A stretch of 64,000 nt of DNA, taken from positions 6,735,888 through 6,799,887 of the forward strand of contig NC_092676.1 of the NCBI RefSeq assembly GCF_964355755.1. The letters run 5' to 3'. The stretch is from Antedon mediterranea (taxonomy: Eukaryota; Animalia; Echinodermata). The position numbers were made by a program, and so were the translations under genes. Below are positions 40,773-55,351 of this stretch, piece by piece. The notes beneath the pieces are model-generated. The model searched no databases, was not told where the DNA came from, and saw only the letters and a program-made list of their open reading frames with translations. The stretch's first letter is position 1, and each line of letters opens with the position of its first letter.

Positions 40773-41125
40773 AGATTGACGTCGTTCTGTTACTGTACCG
40801 TTATAGTATACGTTGTATTTACTTTTCAAAGCCTATTGTCACAGTATAGAAAACGTTCAGCTGACATGTATTGTAATAAGCGTATTGTGTATACTTTTAC
40901 GCTACGTCTGCAGTTTTCCGTGATTAGACGTCGTTCCGTTACTGTACCGTTACAGTATACGTTGTAGTTACTTTTCAACGCTTATCGTCAAAGTATAGGA
41001 GACGTTCAGCATGTATAAGCGTATTGTGTATGCTATTACGATACGCCTGTAGCTAGTTCACCCTGATTAGACGCTTATCGTCAAAGTAAAGAAAACGTTC
41101 AGCTGACAGCCATAAGCGTTTTGGA
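40773..41125. repeat. Tandem repeat, ~145-bp unit, about 2.4 copies
   Basis: gatt(a)gacgtcgttc.gttactgtaccgtta.agtatacgttgta...acgttcagc...taagcgt repeated. Confidence 0.8.
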
Positions 41126-41179
41126 GTACTGAAAACGCTCTTTGAATATTATATCTAATATCATCATCCTCATCACTAA

Positions 41180-41383
41180 AGCCTGTTTTCCTGTCGACGT
41201 TATTCGACGCTATCGTCGTTAGTCGTTAACAGTTCAACGACGATCGTTTGAAAACAATCAAGTTGAAATGATAACGATAGCGAGTACCTTTTTCTGTAAA
41301 TCGTTAACATTTCAATGATTACGTAGGAGATCGCCGATTATTGTTAACGATAGCGTCAAATAACGCCGACAGGAAAACAGGCT
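41180..41383. mobile_element. PIF/Harbinger-type MITE
   Basis: TIR agcctgttttcctgtcg.cgttatt.gacgctatcg and its inverse; TAA on both sides. Confidence 0.85.
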
Positions 41384-41389
41384 TAAAAT

Positions 41390-41638
41390 AATCATCATCG
41401 TTGATCGTTCATCGTAGTCATCGTCACCATCATCATCATAATCGTCGTCATCATCATCGTCGTCATCGTCATCGTTGATCGTTTATCGTAGTCATCGTCA
41501 TCATCATCATCGTCATCGTTGATCGTTTATCGTAGTCATCGTCATCATCATTATCATCATCATTGTTATCATCATCATCATCATCATCATTATCATCATC
41601 ATCATCATCATCATTATCATCATCATCGTCATCATCAT
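41390..41638. repeat. (CAT/CGT)n microsatellite
   Basis: Seen directly. Confidence 0.95.
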
Positions 41639-41664
41639 GGTATTGCTGTATCTGTGTTTACATA

Positions 41665-43549
41665 CAGTACAGATAAAAACTACTGCAACATTTGCCACGC
41701 GTAGGTAACGTAGTCTACGCGTGGCGGGTGCGTAGCGGTTGCGTGGCGTAGCATTCGTAGTGCGTAGGCTACGCGTAGCATTCGTAGCCTACGTTGTGAT
41801 CAACTGTGTGTGGGAATTCCCCAAACTCAACTGTGTACAAGTACATCGTCGACGGCTAAGCAGGCTACGAAAGGTTCGAATAAATAGAAATGATACGATT
41901 GTTTCGCCAATACAATAATATCATCATCATTATTAAACATACTTGAAATTCAAATTTTTCTAAAGAAAATAGCATTTAAAATTGCTCAAAGCCTAGGCTA
42001 GACGCGAAAAGTCTAATTAACTAGGCCTAGCCTAGGCTACTGCTGTACATTCACCATCGCCGGCCAGGCAGTAGTGTACAAAATGAATTGATGACGGGCC
42101 GTTATTATGACTACCTTCCATAGCAATAGTATTAGTAGTAGGCCTAAAATTGGAAGTTAATTTTTTATAAGTAATTAATACAGTACTCAGTATGTTTCAT
42201 TTGAACAAAAAATATCCAGGTTTGAAACTGTCGTAACTGTACATCAAACTCCATTATTAGCTATTGTAACAACCTGCAGCAGAGGATCGGTGGAGGGTCA
42301 AGTTACAGGTTGTTCAGAACATCGTCATCAGCAGAGAGGAGGAGGATCGGAGGACACATAACACATGGTATAATACCTCCATGCATAACATGTGCTTGCC
42401 TGATCTTGTTGTTTTGGTTTTTTTTTAGTCATGCGCGATAATAAATTAGATAGTATTTAAATAAATGTTATTTTAGTTATAAATAAAAATAAATTTTAGG
42501 GTTAGGAAATATGCAAGACTTTATTTAATAAAAGTTGAACTTCACTAAATTGAAGGTTAAAAGCAAAACATAAAAGTACAGTTCAGAGAGAGTATCCATC
42601 CGCGGATCATAAACACGTGGATATAAACACACTGGGCGAATGAATTACAAATGGAGTGATCCGTCTCGATTTCCGTTGGAACAAAAATAATATCGTATTT
42701 GTATTCTATTATTTTGACATTTACAGTATTTAAACAATTCATATTATCCCATACAGTAGTATTAAATAAGCGTAATATTTCATTTAAACGCAATTTTAAA
42801 ACGAAACATCGATCATTATTATAGCCTAGTATTAGTAAACAAACATAGTTCAGACTGTAGAGTGGTACTGCGCGATACACACACGTGGGTAAACAGCAGC
42901 TTCACGGCGAAAACTGTCGTATCAAGAAAATATCCTTCTGTCACCTAGCTAGGCTATACCACATTATTTCACATTTTCACGCCATGTACATCGTATTTAA
43001 CGCTTGTACACAGTATGGATTATCATACAGTACTACTACTAAGTAGGCCTATAAGTACTATAGGCGTACCACATATTTTAAAATTAAACTGTCGGTAGGT
43101 ACGCCGGTAACCCTACCTTTTTAGCAAGCTAGCTAGGCCTAGCCGGAGGCCATTTCACACAAACAGACGACGACCGCCGTCCGTCCGTACGTTGGCCGAT
43201 CGGTGATAGATGTACTACACTTGTTCTTCTTTCATAAAAATAAATGTCCCATTTTAACACAACCAACACACAGTAATTAATACTAATATTAATACATTTA
43301 TTATTACTTCACAGTAATTAACTCGCATTTTAAATTTGATGAAAACTAGTATTCAAATTCGTTAACTAATTCCGTGTGGTGCATGTAGCACAGTACACAA
43401 TAATCTGAACATTGGGATTTCCCCTCCTAGCTCTCCCTTCGCTAGCATGTTAGCTTGCGTAGATTACGCCATGCGAAACCTACGAAGTGGCCACGCGTAC
43501 GAAACGTAGTCTACGCGTCCAAATGTTGCAGTATTTATTATCTGTACTG
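41665..43549. mobile_element. 1.9-kb non-autonomous DNA transposon with TIRs and TA flanks
   Basis: cagtacagataa.aa.tactgcaacatttg..acgcgtag at both ends in inverted orientation; subterminal cgtag/ctacg repeats; no transposase ORF. Confidence 0.85.
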
Positions 43550-45007
43550 TACGTTTGGTTTCATTTGCTTTATCATAAACCACGACATGATTCGTATACA
43601 TTTAACAACATTGTGTGCAATCATTTCAATTTGTTTTTATTATCATTATTCAATCATAACTAATAATATAGTATTTACAAACAAACATTCTTAAAATTAA
43701 CAAACTATGCCAATTGGCCCTTCTTAACACGGCATAAATGTAAACTTATTATTAGCTACTATACTGCTACTACTAACTACTACTTATATATTGTACTAAA
43801 GGTGTGTTGTGCCACTTCGTTTCACGATAACTAAAATCTATTAATAAGTATAACATAGACCTATTTAAACCTTCTTAACAAGTACGTATTGAATTAATTG
43901 TTATACAAAGTTTTCTATACTGTGGATATTCGTACAAAAAAAACTACACTATAACATATTTGCCTCTAACTACATATTCCTGTATATTATACGATAACTT
44001 ACATTCTTACTAAAGCTTATTCTTACTAACACGCAAGTTGTAAGATATATTACTCTGATATCTGTGTGTGAAAAAAAAAAAACATGAAAAATTAATGAAA
44101 ACTTAGCGTAAATGTAGTAAAACGAGCACTGAAATATATAGTTTGCTAAAAAAAAATATTATTTCATGGAAATACTCTATACAAGTATTACTATTCAGCA
44201 TTCATTCTTATTGAATACAGGAAAATTAATTTCAAACGTATGCAGTTACATTATCACTTATTATAATATAGTTTAATATAATATATAGTTATATAATGTT
44301 ATAATTCCCAATAATATTATTGAACGTATTTAGGGCCTACACAATTACAATGTTTAGAACTATAATAAACTACAATATCTACTGTACCGTCAATAATTAA
44401 ATTGAGGGCGTAGTTTATGTTATTAACTCGAACGCGTTCATTCAATTAACCCCATGAAGCATTTGCAAGTTGTATTTTTAATTAAAGTAATAATCATTTA
44501 AAATGTTATTTCTGGTTCATAGTAACAAACAAAATGTATATAAAAAATGAATTAGAAATAGTTTTCTGGTTTCCTATAAGCCGTGCCTTAGTATTAGGCC
44601 TAATGCACAATCATGTGAGTATTGAAAGCAACAAAACATCTAAATATATTTAAATCTAACTCCACAACTTCACGCCACGCATTCATGTCATTATTTGTTT
44701 TATTATCAAATCAGTATTACTAGGCAATAGTATCGGAATGTTTGACAGGAAGTAAAATATGAGAATGCACATTGTTCAAAACGAAGTTGGCATGTTAAAT
44801 CACATACATTTTCTTTTTTTCTTTGTTTAGAATGTGTGATCAAGTAAAAGAAATATTAATCTAATGAGTAATTAATGTGCGTAATATGTAAGCCGAGCTG
44901 GTGTAAAAACTCCTCGAACCGCTCATTTACATTACCTATTTCATTGAATAGGTCACTTTTGTAATATATTCATGTAAATTTCAGTTAAATTAATGTTCTT
45001 TAACTCA

Positions 45008-48000
45008 TTAAACAAATCCGGGTCGAAAGTCTCTAATAGACACACACAGTTGTATAAAGCTCTCTAACTCATCTAATGACGAAATTCTCAACATGTCATT
45101 ACACGTGTCAATAAACCAAATAATCATATCTCTCTCATCATCACTGATATCATTCTTGTCAGTAAACAATTGCAAATATTTTGGTTTAGCTCTGATCAAT
45201 TCATTCATTACATCATCCGATAGTTGGCAATTGTTTATATCAAGCGTACGCAGTTTAGGAGAGTTATTCACTAAAACACACAGTAGAATTGCGTCAATGT
45301 CTCTGAAGTAGTTATTCCCAACATTAAGCTTATTTAATTGTAACTCGTCTTTTGCAAACTCTATAATAATTTCATTCATTGCATCACCTTGTAGTTTACA
45401 ATTATTCATGTTGAGTATGCGCAACTTAGAGGAGTTATACAAAGTAGTTCCAAGTAAAGTACTATCAATGTGACTAATATTATTATTTCCAATGTCAAGC
45501 ACTTGTAATCCGCTTGCATACATATTACTTACAACGTTACATGATAGATTACAATTATTCATGTTAAGTACACACAGCTTTTGTGACTTATATAATAAAG
45601 TACCAAATGAAGTACTGTCGATGTCACTAAGATTATTATTGTTAACATGAAGCTCTTGTAATTTTAAATCATCTGTTGTATATACTTTGATCATTTTATT
45701 CATAACGTCACCTGATATTTTACAATTATTTATGGCAAGTTTACGTAGATCTGGAAACTTAGTCAAGAATGTACCCAGTAATGAGCCATCAACGTCACTT
45801 ATTTCATTATTCGCAATGGACAACACTTTTAAGTCTGACTGATCTCTTGCATATGCACCCATCATTCTATTTATTACGTCACCTGATAGTTTGCAATTAT
45901 CCATGAAAAGATCACGCAATCTAGGAGACTTAGCTAAGAAATTACCCAACAATGTACCATCAACGTCACTTATATCATTATTCGCAATTGACAACACTTC
46001 TAATTCCGACTGATCCCTTACATACGCATTCATCATTGCATTCATTATGTCTCCCGATAGTTTGCAATCATACATGTGAAGATCACGCAACCTAGGAGAC
46101 TTACCTAAGAAAGTACCCAGTAATAAGCCATCAACGCCACTTATATCATTATTCGCAATGAACAACACTTTTAATTCCGACTGATCTCTTACATATGAAT
46201 CCATCATTGCATTCATTATGTCTCCCGATAGTTTGCAATCATACATGTGAAGATCACGCAACCTAGGAGACTTACCTATAAAATTACCCAGTAATGAGCC
46301 ATCAACGCCACTTATATCATTATTCCAAATGGACAACACTTCTAATTCTAACTGATCTCTTGTATACGCATCCATCATTTTATTCAACACGTCACCTGAT
46401 AGTTTGCAATCATGAATGCGAAGATCACGCAACCTAGGAGACTTACCTAAGAAAGTACCCAGTAATGAGCCATCAACGCCACTTATATCATTATTCCAAA
46501 TGGACAACACTTCTAATTCTAACTGATCTCTTGTATACGCATCCATCATTTTATTCAACACGTCACCTGATAGTTTGCAATCATGAATGCGAAGATAACG
46601 CAACCTAGGAGACTTACCTAAGAAAGTACCCAGTAATAAGCCATCAACGCCACTTAGAGCATTATTCCCAATGGACAACACTTCTAATTCCAACTGATCC
46701 CTTGCATACGCATCCATCATTTTATTCAACACGTCACCTGATAGTTTGCAATTATGAATGCGAACATCACGCAACCTAGGAGACTTACCTAAGAAAGTAC
46801 CCAGTAATGAGCCATCAACGCCACTTATATCATTATTCCCAATGGACAACACTTGTAATTCCGACTGATCTCTTACATACGCATTCATCATTGCATTCAT
46901 TATGTCTCCCGATAGTTTGCAATCCTGTATGCGAAGATCACGCAACCTAGGAGACTTACCTAAGAAAGTACCCAGTAATAAGCCATCAACGCCACTTATA
47001 TCATTATTCGCAATGAACAACACTTCTAATTCCGACTGATCTCTTACATACGCATCCATCATTGCATTCATTATGTCTCCCGATAGTTTGCAATCATACA
47101 TGTGAAGATCACGCAACCTAGGAGACTTACCTATAAAATTACCCAGTAATGAGCCATCAATGCCACTTATATCATTATTCCAAATGGACAACACTTCTAA
47201 TTCTAACTGATCTCTTGTATACGCATCCATCATTTTATTCAACACGTCACCTGATAGTTTGCAATCATAAATGCGAAGATCACGCAACCTAGGAGACTTA
47301 CCTAAGAAAGTACCCAGTAATAAGCCATCAACGCCACTTAGAGCATTATTCCCAATGGACAACACTTCTAATTCCAACTGATCCCTTGCATACGCATCCA
47401 TCATTTTATTCAACACGTCACCTGATAGTTTGCAATTATGAATGCGAACATCACGCAACCTAGGAGACTTACCTAAGAAAGTACCCAGTAATGAGCCATC
47501 AACGCCACTTATATCATTATTCCCAATGGACAACACTTGTAATTCCGACTGATCTCTTACATACGCATTCATCATTGCATTCATTATGTCTCCCGATAGT
47601 TTGCAATCCTGTATGCGAAGATTACGCAACCTAGGAGACTTACCTAAGAAAGTACCCAGTAATAAGCCATCAACGCCACTTATATCATTATTCGCAATGA
47701 ACAACACTTCTAATTCCGACTGATCTCTCACATACGCATCCATCATTGCATTCATTATGTCTCCCGATAGTTTGCAATCATACATGTGAAGATCACGCAA
47801 CCTAGGAGACTTACCTATAAAATTACCCAGTAATGAGCCATCAACGCCACTTATATCATTATTCCAAATGGACAACACTTCTAATTCTAACTGATCTCTT
47901 GTATACGCATCCATCATTTTATTCAACACGTCACCTGATAGTTTGCAATCATAAATGCGAAGATCACGCAACCTAGGAGACTTACCTAAGAAAGTACCCA

Positions 48001-51000
48001 GTAATGAGCCATCAACGCCACTTATATCATTATTCCAAATGGACAACACTTCTAATTCTAACTGATCTCTTGTATACGCATCCATCATTTTATTCAACAC
48101 GTCACCTGATAGTTTGCAATCATGAATGCGAAGATCACGCAACCTAGGAGACTTACCTAAGAAAGTACCCAGTAATAAGCCATCAACGCCACTTAGAGCA
48201 TTATTCCCAATGGACAACACTTCTAATTCCAACTGATCCCTTGCATACGCATCCATCATTTTATTCAACACGTCACCTGATAGTTTGCAATTATGAATGC
48301 GAACATCACGCAACCTAGGAGACTTACCTAAGAAAGTACCCAGTAATGAGCCATCAACGCCACTTATATCATTATTCCCAATGGACAACACTTGTAATTC
48401 CGACTGATCTCTTACATACGCATTCATCATTGCATTCATTACGTCACCTGATAGTTTGCAATCATACATGTGAAGATCACGCAACCTAGGAGACTTACCT
48501 ATAAAATTACCCAGTAATGAGCCATCAACGCCACTTATATCATTATTCCAAATGGACAACACTTCTAATTCTAACTGATCTCTTGCATACGCATCCATCA
48601 TTCCATCCATTACGTCACCTGATAGTTTGCAATCATACATGTAAAGATCACGCAACCTAGGAGACTTACCTAAGAAAGAACCCAGTAATGACCCATCAAC
48701 GCCACTTATATCATTATTCGCAATGGACAACACTTCTAATTCCGACTGATCCCTTACATACGCATTCATCATTGCATTCATTATGTCTCCCGATAGTTTG
48801 CAATCATACATGTGAAGATCACGCAAACTAGGAGACTTACCTAAGAAAGAACCCAGTAATGACCCATCAATGCCACTTATATCATTATTCGCAATAGACA
48901 ACACTTGTATTTCTGACTGATCTCTTGCATACGCATCCATCATTCCATCCATTACGTCACCTGATAGTTTACAATCAGTCATGTTAATTGTATGCAGCTT
49001 TTGAGATTTACTTAAGAACGTACCCAGTAATGAGCCATCAACGCCACTTATATCATTATTCGCAATGGACAACACTTCTAATTCCGACTGATCTCTTGCA
49101 TACGCATCCATCATTGCATTCATTACGTCACCTGATAGTTTGCAATCATGCATGCGAAGATCACGCAACCTAGGAGACTTACCTAAGAAAGAACCCAGTA
49201 ATGACCCATCAACGCCACTTATATCATTATTCGCAATAGACAACACTTGTATTTCTGACTGATCTCTTGCATACGCATCCATCATTCCATCCATTACGTC
49301 ACCTGATAGTTTACAATCAGTCATGTTAATTGTATGCAGCTTTTGAGATTTGCTTAAGAACGTACCCAGTAATGAGCCATCAACGCCACTTATATCATTA
49401 TTCGCAATGGACAACACTTCTAATTCCGACTGATCTCTTGCATACGCATCCATCATTGCATTCATTACGTCACCTGATAGTTTGCAATCATACATGTGAA
49501 GATCACGCAACATAGGAGACTTACCTAAGAAAGAACCCAGTAATGACCCATCAATGCCACTTATATCATTATTCGCAATAGACAACACTTGTATTTCCAA
49601 CTGATCCCTTGCATACGCATCCATCATTTTATTCAACACGTCACCTGATAGTTTGCAATCATGAATGCGGAGATCACGCAACCTAGGAGACTTACCTAAG
49701 AAAGTACCCAGTAATAAGCCATCAACGCCACTTAGAGCATTATTCCCAATGGACAACACTTGTAATTCCAACTGATCCCTTGCATACGCATCCATCATTT
49801 TATTCAACACGTCACCTGATAGTTTGCAATCATGCATGTAAAGTTTAGGCATGTTATAAGACTTCCTTAAGAAAGAACCCAGTAATGACCCATCAACGCC
49901 ACTTATATCATTATTTGCAATGGACAACACTTGTATTTCTGACTGATCTCTTGCATACGCATTCATCATTCCATCTATTACGTCACCTGATAGTTTACAA
50001 TCAGTCATGTCAAGTGTAAGCAGCTTTGGAGATTTACTTAAGAAAGTACCCAGTAATGAACCATCAATGCCACTTATATCATTTTTCCCAATGCACAACA
50101 CTTGTAATTCCAACTGATCTCTTGCATACGCATCCATCATTTTATTCATTACGTCACCTGATAGTTTACAATCATGCATGTGAAGATCACGCAATCTAGG
50201 AGATTTACTTAAGAAAGTACCCAGTAATGAGCCATCAACGCCACCTATATCATTATTCGCAATGGACAACACTTGTAATTCCAACTTATCTTCTGCATAC
50301 GCATCCATCATTGCATTCATTACGTCACCCGATAGTTTGCAATCATGCATGTGAAGATCACGCAACCTAGGAGACTTATTTAAGAAAGTACCCAATAATG
50401 TCCCATCAACGTCTCTGATATCATTATTCCCTATATAAATCTCTTGTAATTCAAACTCATCTCTTTTACACGCCTCAATCATTTCATTCATTACGTCGCT
50501 TGTTAATTTGCAATCTTGCATGACAAGTTTACTTAGTTGAGGAGACTTACGCACAAAACAACCCAATAAAGTACCATTGATGTTACTGATATCATTTTTC
50601 ATAATATCACTGTTTTGAAAGTGGGACTCTCTTTTTGCATACACTCTGCTCATTTCATTTATTACAGTATGATCCTTTATTTCGTTCATTTTTAACTCGG
50701 GAGATTTAATCAAGAAAGTACGCATTGTGGTACCTTCAATTTTTCTGATGCAATTTGCTTGCAATTGGTTCTCACCTGATAGATTGCCATCATGGAGATC
50801 ATATATACGCAGCTTAGGAGAGTTACTCCAGAAATTACCAAATGAAATATTATTAATGTCACTGATATCTTGATTCCCAATATTAAGCTCCCGTAATTGT
50901 AGCTCCTCATTTCTCTCATTCAATTTTATAATTAATTTATTCAGTACTTCTCCTGTTAGATTGCAATAATGCATGTCAAGTACACTCAGCTTCGGAGATT

Positions 51001-53262
51001 TACTTAAGAATGTACCCAGTAAAGTACCATCAATGCCACTGATATTGTTATTCCCAATATCAAGAACTTGTAATTCTGACTCATCTCTTATATACACTCT
51101 CATCATTTTATTCATTACGTCACCCGATAGTTTACAATCATGCATGCCAAGTTTTATTAGCGAATGCGCATTATTCAAGAAATGTCCCAGAAGTGCACCA
51201 TCAATTCCACTGATGTCATTTTTCTCAATACAAATCTCTTGTAACTCGCCTCCTGTATAGACGTTTATCATTTTATTCATTATGTCACCTGATAGTTTGC
51301 AATCATGCATGTCAACTGTTAGCAGCTGAGGAATTTTTCTTAAAAAATTACCTAGTGAAGTTCCATTCATGTCACTGAGATTGTTTTTAGCCATATTAAG
51401 CATAAATATCTTTATATCTTCTTGAATTCTAATGTCATTCATTACTTTACCCGATAAATTACAATCAATCATCTCAAATGAAAGGTAAAGATGGGCCGAC
51501 ATCATTAATTTATGCAGTAATTTGGCATCAATGTTATTAAGATTATTTTGGCTGATTATAATACGTTTTAATTCCAGCTTATCACCCATTTTATACCACT
51601 CATCAATCATACATTTTATTACATCACCTGACAGATTGCATTTATGTAAATCAAGTGTAGATGTCAAAAAAAATGCAATGTGTGCAAGAATATTGCCTTT
51701 GCTTTCAAATGATAATGTATTACAGAATGTTCTCAAATCAAGTTCATTAAGATTCATTCTACTGAGTTCCAATATACGATGTATAAAATGCTCACCATTT
51801 GAATTAGAATTCGGATTAAAATGGGCAATAACATATTTCAATGACTTTGATACATCTGTATGTTGATTTAATCCTGAACTAACCATGTGATGTTTTAATG
51901 CATCTTTCACTACAAGATGATGTTGATCTTTAACATATTTCAAGTAATTATGTATCAAAGGACGATATGTTGATAAATCATTTGTAAGCCAATGCTTTAA
52001 GAATTTACCTGCATCAGCACCAAGAAATCCAACTGCAAACCTGTTTGCCGTTGTTAAATATGGACACTTCCTTACTACATTCCACTCAATCTCATCACTA
52101 TCAAACAGTTTATATAAGTAAAATCCTACTAGAGATTCTTGTATTAACTTGTGCGTAGGCATGTACATTTCACCCTCAGAATTAGATCTTAAATTTGATG
52201 TTTTTTTGTTAACGAATCCTAGTTTAAGTGCTAGCTCAACCATGTCCTTATTTCCATTAGCTTCCAAATCACTTTTTTTAATTGAAAGTTGATTTTGTTT
52301 CAAGCTATGATACATACACTTCCCTAACAATATCATAGCATTTCCATATGTTTCTGGAATAGTTTCAAATGTATAAACTCTATCGAGGTGTTCATGCTTA
52401 GCATTATATTGCTTCAATATGCAGCAAAATATTTCTTTGAAAAGGTCCGCACTATTAGTAGGAAGATTTTGTTTGTCTTCCCAAATAATACAAATTGAGA
52501 GAAGTATCAAAGGATTTCGGCACAATGCATATGCCAAATTGTTTGTGTCAACCTCTAATTCTTGCCTAAGGTCATTTGCCAATCCAGGTTTATCAATATA
52601 CCTCTTAATGCTATCTTTATTAAATCCTTTAACTCTCGCATGCACGTTACACTTTCTAATAAATTCATCCATGTTTTCAGATCGCGATGTCAGTAGCACA
52701 ACACTCTTTCCTAACGTTTTCTTCTTAAACAGATCTAACAAGCATTTTTTCTTACAACGTAACTCATCTAAACCATCTAATAACAACACTATTTTATGGT
52801 CGTGTTTCATTACAAATTGTTTGATTGCGCTTGCATCTTGTTGAAGACCTGTCTCCATATTAAAATGTTCCATATCAAGTTGTTTTTCAATCAGATCAAA
52901 TATGGTGTTGCCTTCCTCTAGATCCCTTACATTTAACAAAAATAAAAGTTTACCTTCAAATGCGATTGGTTTCTCTTCAGTTGTTTTGTATGCCAAGTAC
53001 CTTAATAGAGTTGTTTTACCAATGCCAGCCTCGCCATCTATAAGAACTTTACATGAATGCGTGGACTCAATAGTGGTTAATAATGCTGGTAACGTCGTTG
53101 GATGGCTGTCTCTCGTCTTATTGATTTCTTTTAGGAGGTCCAATTCAGTGAAGATGTTGATGTCGATAGTGTCTCTGCTATTCATTATTGATGGAGTGAA
53201 TTCTTCGTTGTCAATCCTGCACAGTTTTTTTTGTCTTGCAAGTAAGTATTTTTCTATTATTC
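45008..53262 (-). CDS. NLR-B giant terminal exon (8255 nt): NACHT, winged helix, about 75 LRRs and a C-terminal cap
   Basis: GEAGIGKTT, VLLLDGLDE, LLTSR, CRNPLILL, HKLIQESLVG; intact frame; phase-1 acceptor ttcatag at 53263. Confidence 0.96.
45700..50480 (-). repeat. Coding tandem array, 171-bp (57-aa) unit, about 28 copies, with higher-order blocks
   Basis: The NNALSG variant occurs at 46651, 47335, 48190 and 49729 (offsets 4, 5 and 9 x 171); 342-bp duplication at 48988 vs 49330. Confidence 0.95.
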
Positions 53263-53637
53263 CTATGAATATAAATATTACCGTATTAAACGTGTGCTTA
53301 AAAGGCCCGTTATTCTTAGAATATATCTTCTGTTTTGATTGTTTTTTTATCTTTAACCTAATTTTCATCAATAATCATGTGCAAGGACACATTATTATAT
53401 ACTATGTTTTTTTCGTGTAATAGTTTTTTCTTATTTTTTGAATTTCTACTATATTGAACCATTTGAAATTTTGACCACAAGTTATAAACACCACGTAAAT
53501 TGGATGTGGTACCGGTCATACTGACCGAGTAGAAAGGAATATATTAATTAAAATAGCACTTTTAACTGTTGATGGAAAGAATGAAAAGAACTGACTGGTA
53601 AACACAACCTGTGTCTACATAAATTATTAGTATTTAC

Positions 53638-53682
53638 CTTCATTCTCATCTTGAATCAGTAACGTTGTACTAACTGAAGTAT
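53638..53682 (-). CDS. NLR-B linker exon 3 (DTSVSTTLLIQDENE)
   Basis: ttttacag / gaag|gtaaat, 45 nt, phase 1-1. Confidence 0.8.
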
Positions 53683-54589
53683 CTGTAAAAAAACAACTAA
53701 AATTATTTTAATTTGTTTTATTTATGGAGCAAGGGATTCGGCGCATCAAGCAAAACAATTATACCCATTTTCCCTGTTTTTCAACAGTTTAGGAAACAAG
53801 GAACCCCCAAAATAGACTTGACGGTTATAAAATAGATTAATACATTCATTCAACCATTTTTGTCCTACTTTCTGCTTGCTTTTGATATGGTCTGTTGGTG
53901 TATTTATTGATATGTTTTATCGGTTTCGTTTTTATAAAGAAACATAACCACATTTACTTCATTGCCGTATGCGACACCCCAATGTGTCGTTGATGCACTT
54001 TTCACTTTACATTGGCCTGTTGAATTAAACTGTTTTGAATATTTTGAGAGATCAACAGCACCTTCTACTAACATTACAGCTTGTCCCGCCGGGGTCATCC
54101 CTGGACAAGTCTAAGTGGAATTCATCCCAGGAATCTCAGGAACAATATATGATTTCAAGTTCATTTATTCTTTATAAGTTATTATATCTATCTAGTATCT
54201 ATTAGTTTATTGTTTGTCTGTTTCAATTAGTAGAATTGGAAATAGTACATGCTGTACTTTTGAAAAAAGGTCAGATACATTGCCGTATCGCGATGCCCAT
54301 CTATCATGTTTTTCCATGGGGTTCCGTCATTTTCGACAGAGTAAGTAGTCTTCGGATATATCTTTGTAAAAAATTACTTATTCTTTTAAAATACCGTGAT
54401 TTTAACATGTAGGTATACATGATATAAAATAGCACATACAATCACAAATCACATTCTTTATCAAACAAGGCAAAAATACGTACTGGCTTGGAATAACATT
54501 CGCAAGTTGTATCCAGTACAATAGGCCTATATGCCTTGCTTATATTAAAATCAATTATCAATTAAAATACATTTTCTAGATGAGATGAG

Positions 54590-54693
54590 TAGTAGTAATT
54601 AGTCTTGTTTATTTTTATTTCATTTATATGTAATTTTACTTTCTATGGACCAGAGATTCCGAAATAAAAGATTGAATGAATGAATGAATGAAT
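54590..54693 (+). mobile_element. Retroposon 3' end with AATAAA and (TGAA)n tail
   Basis: ctatggaccagagattccgaaataaaagattgaatgaatgaatgaatgaat. Confidence 0.55.
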
Positions 54694-54734
54694 AATGTTG
54701 TTTACTGATCACCATTAACAGATAATATACATAC

Positions 54735-54779
54735 CTTCATCAGACTCCTTTGGAGTTGTTGCTGGATTAACTGGAGTAT
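54735..54779 (-). CDS. NLR-B linker exon 2 (DTPVNPATTPKESDE)
   Basis: ttgtacag / gaag|gtatgt, 45 nt, phase 1-1; similar to the neighbouring mini-exon. Confidence 0.78.
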
Positions 54780-55351
54780 CTGTACAACCAAAAAATATTT
54801 TTCATTTTTAGACACGGTTATTTTAATATATTCCCTTGCCTAGGCCTATGTATGACAGGGGTTTTCTTCAAAAAGTGTAACATTCCTTGATTTGCCTATA
54901 GTAATATTGATTAACTTAAATTAATGTTAGAACCAGATGATACGTGTGTTATTTATTTTACAAATTAATAAAGTGCAACTATTTGCCTTCTTTTGTTTGG
55001 TTTAAATACAATATTATGTAGAAAACTTTAAAAAAAAATAATTTAGTTAATAACCTCGTATTGCACAATTTGTGCTGCTAAAGGTTTATAACAGACAAAG
55101 TTGAAAGGCTTTCAATAAGTAATTAATCAAAAGGTCTTGGATTTTTATGGATCCCATAGCATGGATGTTTATATTATTTTTAATTAAACTAAAATAACAT
55201 TTTGCTACATACATTTTTGTTTTTATTTTTACAAATAATTTCATTATAAAGAATGTTTAAAAAGAAATATTTTAAATGCTCTATTCACGAATTGAGTATA
55301 CTTGACTATGACATGCAAAAACTTTACTGTAGTCGACATTAAGATATATAC

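Noticed and set aside
41513-41704. Poly-His and poly-Met ORFs
   Set aside because: Translations of the (CAT)n microsatellite.
53263-53371. ORF-track N-termini of the NACHT ORFs (also 26157-26208) and C-terminal tails of the DED ORFs
   Set aside because: Intronic read-through beyond splice sites; not conserved between paralogs.
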